Of a DNA stretch of 43,018 nucleotides, positions 35,773 through 43,018 are shown piece after piece. Below the pieces are notes generated by a model. It saw only the letters and a program-made list of their open reading frames with translations, was not told the DNA's origin and made no database searches. A program made the position numbers and the translations under genes. Position 1 is the stretch's first letter; each line of letters starts with the position of its first letter. The stretch is taken from positions 786 through 43,803 of the forward strand of contig CAZXZK010000009.1 in NCBI GenBank assembly GCA_964645295.1, given 5' to 3'. The stretch comes from an uncultured Cytophagales bacterium. Lineage in GTDB: Bacteria; Bacteroidota; Bacteroidia; Cytophagales; Spirosomataceae.

Positions 35773-36887
35773 TTTGATAACATTACTGGCATTACCAACA
35801 TTAAAATATCTTCATTTTCATCTTGATCGGAAGGAATTAATAAGCCGGCTTTATTTGGCTCACTTAATTTTATTTCCACGAATTTCGAATCAAGATTTGA
35901 AATTAATTCTAAAATGAATTTGGCATTGAAACCAATTTCTAAGGGAGTACCGGTATAATCACAAGTTAATTCTTCATTTGCTTCATTTGAAAAATCTAAA
36001 TCTTCTGCAGAAACCGTTAATTTATTTTCAGCTAATTTAAAACGAATTTGATGAGTGGTTTTATTGGAATATATTGAAATTCTTCTTACGGTTCCTAATA
36101 ATTCCATTCGGTTGATAGTCACAATATTATTATTTGCTTTTGGAATGGCATTCTCATATTCCGGAAAACGTTCATCAATTACGCGACAAATCAATTGGAA
36201 GCTATCAAAAGTAAAAAAGGCATTTGAACTGGAGAAATCAACATTTACTTCGGTTTCATCTGTTGGTAAGGTTGATTTTAGTAAACCAAGTGCTTTTTTG
36301 GGTAAAATAATATTGGCGTTTCCTCCAGAGCTAATGTCATTTCTTCTATAGCGGATTAAACGGTGGCCATCGGTAGCAACGAAATTGGTATATTCGTTGG
36401 TCATTTGTACCAAAACACCTGTCATGGCAGGTCGCATATCATCTACTGAAACAGCCAATAAAGTATTGTTGATGGCATCTGCTAAAACATGAGCATGCAA
36501 TTGAATGGAAGAAGTTTTATTCACCTCTGGAACCTTCGGGAAATCAATTGGATTTTCACCACTTAATTTATATCGACCATTGGATGTTTGTATTTCAGCG
36601 GCAAAAGTTGCTTGGTCTGCTGAAATAGTGACTGGTTGGTCTGGTAAATTTCGTAAAGTTTCAACCAATAATTTTGCTGGTAGACAGATTGATCCATTTT
36701 CAGATCCTGTAACATCCACCGTCGTAAACATCACGGTTTGTAGGTCAGAAGTTGTTAGGCTTAAAGAATTGCCATCCAATTCAACCAAAACATTCTCTAA
36801 AATTGGAATAATTGGATTACTTGCTACAACACCATTGATCGCAGATATTTGTTTTAATAAAACAGTCGATGCTACTTGAAATTTCAT
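35769..36887 (-). CDS. dnaN: DNA polymerase III beta subunit (sliding clamp)
   Basis: MKF.V....L......I..VV......PIL.N.L.E......L..T.TDL..... and ATDGHRL, plus the C-terminal ...MPVML tail. 372 aa. Confidence 0.93.
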   Translation of the reverse strand: MKFQVASTVLLKQISAINGVVASNPIIPILENVLVELDGNSLSLTTSDLQTVMFTTVDVTGSENGSICLPAKLLVETLRNLPDQPVTISADQATFAAEIQTSNGRYKLSGENPIDFPKVPEVNKTSSIQLHAHVLADAINNTLLAVSVDDMRPAMTGVLVQMTNEYTNFVATDGHRLIRYRRNDISSGGNANIILPKKALGLLKSTLPTDETEVNVDFSSSNAFFTFDSFQLICRVIDERFPEYENAIPKANNNIVTINRMELLGTVRRISIYSNKTTHQIRFKLAENKLTVSAEDLDFSNEANEELTCDYTGTPLEIGFNAKFILELISNLDSKFVEIKLSEPNKAGLLIPSDQDENEDILMLVMPVMLSN

Positions 36888-36962
36888 ATATAAAATCTAT
36901 TGAGGATTAAGTTCTTTAATTTGACCTTGAAGATAAGGGATTTTACGAATTTTAACAAATAC

Positions 36963-38624
36963 TTACCTCGTGTAATTTGATTTTCTTTGATAATATATAA
37001 AAAGCCCAATTATGAGAGTTAAGATAGCTGGGACTGATATATTTAAAAATTGTAAGAAGCTTCCTTCCTCTTTAATTTTCTTTTTGTCTAGTGGTCTTAA
37101 TTGATAGCTTTTATTTCTTGCTAATAAGGCATTTTCTCCCTCTAAAAGATAGTTAAATACATTCAGTAAAAAATCTTTATTGCCAAAATTATGTTGAGAG
37201 AAAAGGTCATAACCCAATTCTAAAGGAGCCCCAGTGGACGGATCAATCGGATTTTCAACTATTTGGCTATTGGCGATTAATACAAATTGGGCTTCTTTTT
37301 TGGCTTTTGGAGAATAATACTCTTTTAAACTATCAATAGGAAGGATTCTATTTTGAAAATAGGAATCAAATTTTCCTTCGATCATAATACCAGCAATTTT
37401 TTCTCCTTCTTGGTATTTCTCTTTTTTAAAATCTTCTGTGCTGGAAGAGAAAGGAAGGGTCGCAGGTGCATTCATAGTTTGCGTATAATTACTAGAATGT
37501 AGTAGAATTGTTTTTTTGTAAGGATTGTTTAGCGTGTCAATACTACTACCAAATTTAGAATATACGGCATCTAGATTTCTGGTAATGATGGAATTGGCAT
37601 TTCCTTGAAGAAGGGGGAATGCTGGCCAAGGCATGAGTTGCAAATTTGGTTGATCTCCAAAATTTCCAACCTCCAATGGAATGGCGCCACATAATTGGAT
37701 ATCTTTTAATAGATTATTGTTTAGCCTAATTCCCAAGCGAAATAAAAATTCCTCTAATCCTGTTTGTTTTTCTGTAATGATGATGCCTTGATTATCAACG
37801 GTATCTATCTGGATGCCTTCCATAATAAATACAGCTTTCCCGCCTTTCATCAGGAATTGGTCGATTTTATAAATGCTTTCCTGACTAAATTTTTTATTCG
37901 GATTAATCAAACAAATCCCATCCAATCCATCTAAACTAGGAGAATTTTCTAAATCTACCGGGAACAAATTAAAGGAATTTTGTAATGTTTGAATAAAATC
38001 AAATTGGGTGGTCGGAGAATAGGTTCCATAATCAAATAAAAACCCAATATTTTTCTTTTCGATTTGGCTTATTTGTTTTAAGGCATCTGCCAATTGGAAT
38101 TCAATTTGTTCAATAGATTGATTTAATATTTCTTCTGGGCTGCTTAAATTATTCCCTTTTAATAATAAAAGGCCTCTTTCTTGTCCGTTCGATTGAATGA
38201 CTAAACCGGGTAAAGCAAAAGTTTGGGAGGATTGACCATTTTTTGTTTGAATAATATTCGTGGGGTGAATGCCCATGGAATCTAAGGCAATAATCATAGC
38301 GTCTCTCTCGTCTGCCTCTAAATCCTGATATACATCAATTAGATTTAATTCAATGGCTTGATTAGATTCTGATTGAAAATCTTCAATCGTTGAAAAAACT
38401 GCTGCGCGCAGGCGTTTAAATCCTGCTGGTAATTCATCTCCGTTGAGATAAAAATCAATAACAATAGGGTTCTCTAGGTTCTGTAATAAAGCTAGACTAG
38501 TAGGGGCTAGGGTAAAGCGTTTATCCTCCGATAAATCAATCTTAGTATGGATAAAAAAGGAGGAAATCCATACTAGGATTCCTATTCCAATAATTAATAT
38601 ATAAGAATTCTCATTCGATTTCAT
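36963..38624 (-). CDS. gldG: gliding-motility-associated ABC transporter auxiliary/substrate-binding component GldG
   Basis: N-terminal and C-terminal single TM anchors. DLSEDKRFTLAPTS..LL.NL..P..I.FYL.G.LP..FKRL matches the GldG N-terminal signature as I recall it. 553 aa. Confidence 0.7.
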   Translation of the reverse strand: MKSNENSYILIIGIGILVWISSFFIHTKIDLSEDKRFTLAPTSLALLQNLENPIVIDFYLNGDELPAGFKRLRAAVFSTIEDFQSESNQAIELNLIDVYQDLEADERDAMIIALDSMGIHPTNIIQTKNGQSSQTFALPGLVIQSNGQERGLLLLKGNNLSSPEEILNQSIEQIEFQLADALKQISQIEKKNIGFLFDYGTYSPTTQFDFIQTLQNSFNLFPVDLENSPSLDGLDGICLINPNKKFSQESIYKIDQFLMKGGKAVFIMEGIQIDTVDNQGIIITEKQTGLEEFLFRLGIRLNNNLLKDIQLCGAIPLEVGNFGDQPNLQLMPWPAFPLLQGNANSIITRNLDAVYSKFGSSIDTLNNPYKKTILLHSSNYTQTMNAPATLPFSSSTEDFKKEKYQEGEKIAGIMIEGKFDSYFQNRILPIDSLKEYYSPKAKKEAQFVLIANSQIVENPIDPSTGAPLELGYDLFSQHNFGNKDFLLNVFNYLLEGENALLARNKSYQLRPLDKKKIKEEGSFLQFLNISVPAILTLIIGLFIYYQRKSNYTR

Positions 38625-38651
38625 AAAATTTAATTATTGGAATAGATTCCT

Positions 38652-40775
38652 TTAATAGAACTTGAAACGATTATCTTTGATTTTAGCGTTTTCTTTAATC
38701 GCCTCATTAATTAAATACGACGATCTAGAATTCATTAAGGCTTCTGCTTGTTTTTTATTTACGCTATAATCGGCTAATGCGCTTGGCTTGTCTTCTGCTG
38801 TTTTTTGAATAATATAAACCCCGTTGTCTCCAATGAATGGTTTTGATACTTTCCCTATTTTTAAACCTGCGACCATTCCAATAGCCACGGCATCTGGTCC
38901 ACCCATATTCATTATACCACGAGCAATGGTTAAATTTTGAACACTATCTACCAAAGCCCCTGCTCCGTATTGTGCGGCAATGAAATCCAAATCACCTTTT
39001 CCAATTCCAGTTAGTTTTTCCAATATTTTTTCACCTTTTAATTTATTTCCAACGGCAAAGTTTAGATCCACTAAATAATCTTCTACTTTGATATCGTCTT
39101 TATTGGAAGCCTCTGTTAGGTAAGCGACAATATATTGATTTTCGTATTCGAAAACTTTTTTAGAGCCATCACCAATTTGGGTATCTTCATCATAGGCCCA
39201 TCTAACTAAATCTCTGGCATTTACAAGGGTGTTTACTTGGTTGGCATCCGGGGCTAAGCGATCTGCCCTTAACATAATTAAGCTAGAATCTTCTTCTAAT
39301 GCCTGTTCAAATGCAGCAAGGGTCGTATTTGCATTAGCAAATTCATCTGCTTGTGCATATACTCGGTCTAAAGTAGTTTGGCTCGCCGAAATATATTTAT
39401 TGATGGTAGCAATTTTATAATAGGTATTGGTTTTAGCTTCTGTAACCTTAACGATATGATAACCAAATTCGGTTTCTACGATATTTGGCAATAGGCCAGT
39501 TCCTTTAAAGGCAAAAACTGCTTTTTCAAAGTCTGCAACCATGGAGCCATTATCTTTGAAATATCCTAAATCACCACCTATTTGTGCTGTTCCATCCATA
39601 GAATTTAAACTTGCCACGGATTCAAAATTAGCACCTTCCTTAATGGATTTTAATAAATTTTGCGCCATTTCTTTCGCTCCTGCCTTCGCAGAATCTGAGG
39701 CATTGATTGGCCGGATTAGAATATGACTTGCTCTTATCGTATAATTCTTTTCAATATCCTTACCATCGTATTTTAGAATAGTATATACATTTCCATTTTT
39801 AAATGGACCATAAATTCCACCTGCTTGAAATTCTCCCAATCTTTCTTTGATATTTTCTGGAATTTCAGAATAAATCAAACGATAAGGAATTCTTTCATCC
39901 GAATTCAACATGGCAAAAGCAGAGTCGTTTTGTGCAGTTGCTAAGTTTTTCGCTAGTTGTCTAACCTCACCTAAAAATGCTGTTGAATCTTCTTTTGTAG
40001 GAATTACAGGGAAGGTAACATATTTAATAGAGCGAGAATCAATCCCTTGGAATTCATCTTTATGGCTATTCAAATATTCTTCCATCTGAGCCTTTGAAAT
40101 TTTAACCGATGAATCTGGGATGGTATAAAATGGTACAAAGACAAATTTTGCTCCAAATTTAGCATTTTCAGCCAAATATGTTTTTTCGGCATCTTTTTGC
40201 GTAACATAATTTGTCAGACGGATTAGGTTCTCATATTTGGTTCTCTGGCGGTCTTTGATTAATTGTTGTTCAAAATTCGCCCAGGATTTTTGTTGTTCAA
40301 TTGGAAGTGTTTTTAAATTGCTTAAAAATTGATTGATATAGGCTTTATCCAATTCTCCAGTGGATGGATTCGTAAATTGCTGTGCAACTGCCGGATGAAT
40401 ATTTTCACCGGTAACCATATCAGTCAATTCCTCAGCAGAAACACGAATTCCTAAAGCTTCAAATTCTTTTTGAAAAGCAATTTCTGAAATAAATTGATTC
40501 CAAATTTGTTCTCTAATTGTTTTTTGTTCTTCTAAACTAGGAGTTCTTCCTGTTTGTGCGGTATAGGCATTTTGCGTTTCCTCCACCCTTGTTTGAAATT
40601 CTTGAATGGAAATGGTTTGCCCTGAAATTTCACCAACCGTTGTCCGGTCACTTCCTCCAAATAGGGATGAATTTCCTTGGAAAATATCACTGCCTACTAA
40701 AAATAAAATCAAACTTATCGCAATAGCTCCTGCTGCTACTCCTGACTTCTCTCTAATTTTTGTAATTAACGCCAT
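38652..40775 (-). CDS. peptidyl-prolyl cis-trans isomerase, PpiD/SurA-like periplasmic chaperone
   Basis: N-terminal membrane anchor (GAIAISLILFLVG), a long SurA_N-like chaperone region, and a parvulin domain (IRASHILI...GGDLGYF...GYHIVKV). Confidence 0.85.
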   Translation of the reverse strand: MALITKIREKSGVAAGAIAISLILFLVGSDIFQGNSSLFGGSDRTTVGEISGQTISIQEFQTRVEETQNAYTAQTGRTPSLEEQKTIREQIWNQFISEIAFQKEFEALGIRVSAEELTDMVTGENIHPAVAQQFTNPSTGELDKAYINQFLSNLKTLPIEQQKSWANFEQQLIKDRQRTKYENLIRLTNYVTQKDAEKTYLAENAKFGAKFVFVPFYTIPDSSVKISKAQMEEYLNSHKDEFQGIDSRSIKYVTFPVIPTKEDSTAFLGEVRQLAKNLATAQNDSAFAMLNSDERIPYRLIYSEIPENIKERLGEFQAGGIYGPFKNGNVYTILKYDGKDIEKNYTIRASHILIRPINASDSAKAGAKEMAQNLLKSIKEGANFESVASLNSMDGTAQIGGDLGYFKDNGSMVADFEKAVFAFKGTGLLPNIVETEFGYHIVKVTEAKTNTYYKIATINKYISASQTTLDRVYAQADEFANANTTLAAFEQALEEDSSLIMLRADRLAPDANQVNTLVNARDLVRWAYDEDTQIGDGSKKVFEYENQYIVAYLTEASNKDDIKVEDYLVDLNFAVGNKLKGEKILEKLTGIGKGDLDFIAAQYGAGALVDSVQNLTIARGIMNMGGPDAVAIGMVAGLKIGKVSKPFIGDNGVYIIQKTAEDKPSALADYSVNKKQAEALMNSRSSYLINEAIKENAKIKDNRFKFY

Positions 40776-40870
40776 CGAATTTTATACTATTTATATTTTT
40801 GTTAGTCTTTTTAAAGTTTTTAAAGAAACGCAAAATAATCTAAATTATCTTGAAAAAACAAGTTAGAACC

Positions 40871-41992
40871 TTATTTACCTAAAACTTCTTTTAAACTTTC
40901 TAGGAAAATATCAGCTTCGGTATTTGAAATGCCTAAATTTGGTAATAAACGGACGGTATTTGTACCTGAATTTCCGCAGAAAATATTTTTATCTAATAAT
41001 AACTCCCTTACTACTTCTTTTTGGGGTTTTTCCGTTTCAAATCCAATCATTAAGCCTCTTCCTCTCACAGAATTTACTCCTGGAATATTCTTTAACTCTT
41101 GGATTAAATACGCTCCCACCTTGGCAGCATTATTCATCAAGTTTTCTTTTTCCATGATTTCTAAAACAGCAATTCCAGCTGCACAAGCCAATGGATTACC
41201 CCCAAAAGTTGTCCCCAACATACCATAATGAGCGTCAATTTTAGGCGATATTAACACACCCCCGATAGGATACCCATTCCCCATTCCCTTGGCCACCGTT
41301 AGCATATCCGGATGAATATCATAATATTGGTGAGAAAAGAATTTGCCTGATCGACCATAACCACATTGTACGGAATCAAAAATTAGTAAAGCTCTAACCT
41401 CGTCACAACGTTTTCTTAAAGCTTTTAAAAATGCCTCTTCAGCAACTTGAATCCCTCCAACTCCTTGGATTCCTTCCACAATGACTCCTGCCGTTTCCTC
41501 ATCAATTTTACTTAAATCCTCCCATTTGTTGAAAGGCAAAATTTCATTTTCGATGACCTTATTAAATGGAGCAATGATTTTAGGATTATCCGTGACCGAT
41601 ACCGCCCCCGAACTCCTTCCATGAAAAGAGCCACTAAATGAAACCATTTTTCTTCTTCCTGTCTTAAAAGAAGCAATTTTTAGGGCATTTTCATTGGCCT
41701 CTGCTCCAGAATTCACTAAAAATAGGGCATAGCTTTCATAACCACTTATTCGTCCTAATTTTTCCGCTAAAATCTCTTGGCCGGCTAATTTTACCGAATT
41801 GGAGAAAAATCCTAATTGATCTAATTGATCTTTGATCGCCTTTTTATAGGCTGGATGGCCATGTCCTACTGAAATGACGGCATGGCCTCCATATAAATCT
41901 AAGATTTTCGTTCCTTTTTGATCATAAACATAAGCTCCTTCCCCCTTGACTAGCTCTATTGGGTATAACGGATATACATCGAATAATTTCAT
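40871..41992 (-). CDS. argD: acetylornithine aminotransferase (class III PLP aminotransferase)
   Basis: LDLYGGHAV..VGH.HP, NSGAEANE, FHGR, the DSVQCGYGRSGKFF motif and the PLP Lys in LTVAKGMGNGYPIGG. It lies adjacent to argC. Confidence 0.85.
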   Translation of the reverse strand: MKLFDVYPLYPIELVKGEGAYVYDQKGTKILDLYGGHAVISVGHGHPAYKKAIKDQLDQLGFFSNSVKLAGQEILAEKLGRISGYESYALFLVNSGAEANENALKIASFKTGRRKMVSFSGSFHGRSSGAVSVTDNPKIIAPFNKVIENEILPFNKWEDLSKIDEETAGVIVEGIQGVGGIQVAEEAFLKALRKRCDEVRALLIFDSVQCGYGRSGKFFSHQYYDIHPDMLTVAKGMGNGYPIGGVLISPKIDAHYGMLGTTFGGNPLACAAGIAVLEIMEKENLMNNAAKVGAYLIQELKNIPGVNSVRGRGLMIGFETEKPQKEVVRELLLDKNIFCGNSGTNTVRLLPNLGISNTEADIFLESLKEVLGK

Positions 41993-42002
41993 TGCTAAAT
42001 TG

Positions 42003-42956
42003 TTAAAAATACGAGGCCTTTAAATTTAATCCTGCATCCTCTTCCCAACCCATGACTAAATTCATGTTTTGAACAGCTTGACCTGAGGCACCTTTTAATA
42101 AATTGTCTAAGATAGAAGTAATCAAAATCTGATTACCAAATTTTTCCAAGTAAATGAAACCCTTATTGGTATTAACCACCTGTTTTACATCCAATGAGCT
42201 ATCTGAAATAAACACAAAGGGGGAATCTTGGTAATAGTTTTGATAGATTTCTATTATTTCTTCCAAATTAGTAGGAGTTTCAGTATACATATTCGCCATG
42301 ATTCCCCTCGTGAAACTTCCCCTGTAAGGTAAAAAATGAATTTCTTGGTCAGTCTGATTCTTTCTTAAAACCATTCCGATTTCAGTTAAATGCTGATGAG
42401 TGAACGGTTTATAAATGCTGATATTATGGCTTCTCCAAGAGAAATGGCCTGTTGAACTAAGGGCTTGCCCGGCTCCAGTGGAACCTGTAACTGCTGAGAC
42501 GTGAATGGCTTTATTTATCAGGCCAGCAGATGCCAAAGGTAATAGTCCTAATTCAATAGTTGTTGCAAAACAACCTGGATTAGCAATTTTTTTCGCTTTT
42601 TTGATTTTTTCTTTTTGAAATTCGGGTAGACCATAAACAAAACCATCCGACTCATCTCGGTAATCAGTAGATAAATCAATGATGACTGTTTCTTCTGAAA
42701 TCGAATTGGTCGCTAAAAATTTCTTAGATTCTCCATGTCCGGCACATAAAAATAAAATATCTGCCTCTCCTAATTCATTTGTAAAAATCATATCAGTAGA
42801 TCCTAATAAATCTGGATGAATAGAATGAACCGGTTTACCAGCCTGAGAATTTGAATGAATAAATGAAATGGTTAAGTATGGATGATGGATTAATAACCTC
42901 AATAATTCTCCTCCGGTATAACCTGCACCACCAACTATTCCTACTTTCTTTTTCAT
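42003..42956 (-). CDS. argC: N-acetyl-gamma-glutamyl-phosphate reductase
   Basis: N-terminal VGIVGGAGYTGGELLRLL, the catalytic Cys in ANPGCFAT and the C-terminal DNL.KGASGQAVQNMN. Confidence 0.92.
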   Translation of the reverse strand: MKKKVGIVGGAGYTGGELLRLLIHHPYLTISFIHSNSQAGKPVHSIHPDLLGSTDMIFTNELGEADILFLCAGHGESKKFLATNSISEETVIIDLSTDYRDESDGFVYGLPEFQKEKIKKAKKIANPGCFATTIELGLLPLASAGLINKAIHVSAVTGSTGAGQALSSTGHFSWRSHNISIYKPFTHQHLTEIGMVLRKNQTDQEIHFLPYRGSFTRGIMANMYTETPTNLEEIIEIYQNYYQDSPFVFISDSSLDVKQVVNTNKGFIYLEKFGNQILITSILDNLLKGASGQAVQNMNLVMGWEEDAGLNLKASYF

Positions 42957-43018
42957 ATTATTGATTATTTACTTGTTGGAATATCATGGTTTGGTTGGAG
43001 ATTATTTTTGAAAAACCC

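Noticed and set aside
36055-36879. Two plus-strand ORFs (36055-36351 and 36505-36879, 98 and 124 aa) lying antisense within dnaN
   Set aside because: They sit entirely inside a full-length, well-conserved dnaN on the opposite strand. Their composition is low-complexity and typical of antisense frames in AT-rich DNA, with no recognisable motifs.
40924-41228. Plus-strand ORFs 40924-41157 and 40929-41228 antisense to argD. The same applies to the ORF-track entries at 1925-2167, 4137-4319, 5117-5317, 9771-9992, 11034-11357, 11350-11553, 18103-18330, 18963-19178, 19274-19877, 21395-21877, 25876-26452, 27469-27705, 28511-28717, 29483-30346, 34150-34332, 35720-35917, 39229-39726 and 40606-40866
   Set aside because: All are short ORFs embedded in, or antisense to, longer ORFs with clear family motifs. 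None has a recognisable domain, signal or independent intergenic context.
1-43018. Scan for CRISPR arrays, IS elements or inverted terminal repeats, integrases, tRNA or rRNA genes, and long direct repeats
   Set aside because: None found. No spaced identical repeats, no transposase-, integrase- or RT-like ORFs, and no non-coding gap long enough for rRNA. The only tandem repeat is the 21-bp unit inside ftsK.

Overview
AT-rich (roughly mid-30s % GC by eye), very tightly packed chromosomal segment from a Bacteroidota-type genome. Evidence for that placement: gldG, a DUF1573 lipoprotein, a long NusB, TAnnTTTG -7 promoter boxes, and no obvious Shine-Dalgarno sequences. I support about 41 protein-coding genes, and nearly all are core housekeeping. 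They cover clpX (5'-partial), cmk, proA, dnaX, coaE, yajC, nusB, an MsbA-like ABC exporter, TolC, lgt, moeA, moaC, thiamine pyrophosphokinase, rarA, mlaE, pyrD, ftsK, lolA, dnaN, gldG, a PpiD-like chaperone, argD and argC. I found no rRNA, tRNA, CRISPR array, transposase, integrase or phage gene, and the largest intergenic gap is about 185 bp. I do not see a convincing defence island or mobile element, so I am not claiming a clear new system. The only accessory-looking stretch is about 15.6-23.4 kb. It holds an overlapping MOSC / polytopic membrane / EntS-like MFS operon, an ArsR(SdpR-like) regulator coupled to an unknown 168-aa protein, a string of exported NIPSNAP, PhyH dioxygenase, GT2 and Tat-exported TIM-barrel genes, and a 4x PepSY-like repeat lipoprotein. 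Other points worth a second look are a pyrD with a clean in-frame gap removing a conserved FMN-binding strand, and in-frame A_AAA_AAA slippery heptamers in the dnaX linker with nearby -1 stops. There is also a MOSC gene whose conserved N-terminus lies upstream of any canonical start codon, and a 1027-aa outer-membrane protein joining an Omp85-like barrel to non-POTRA periplasmic domains. All functional calls rest on motif recognition by eye, because no searches were run.
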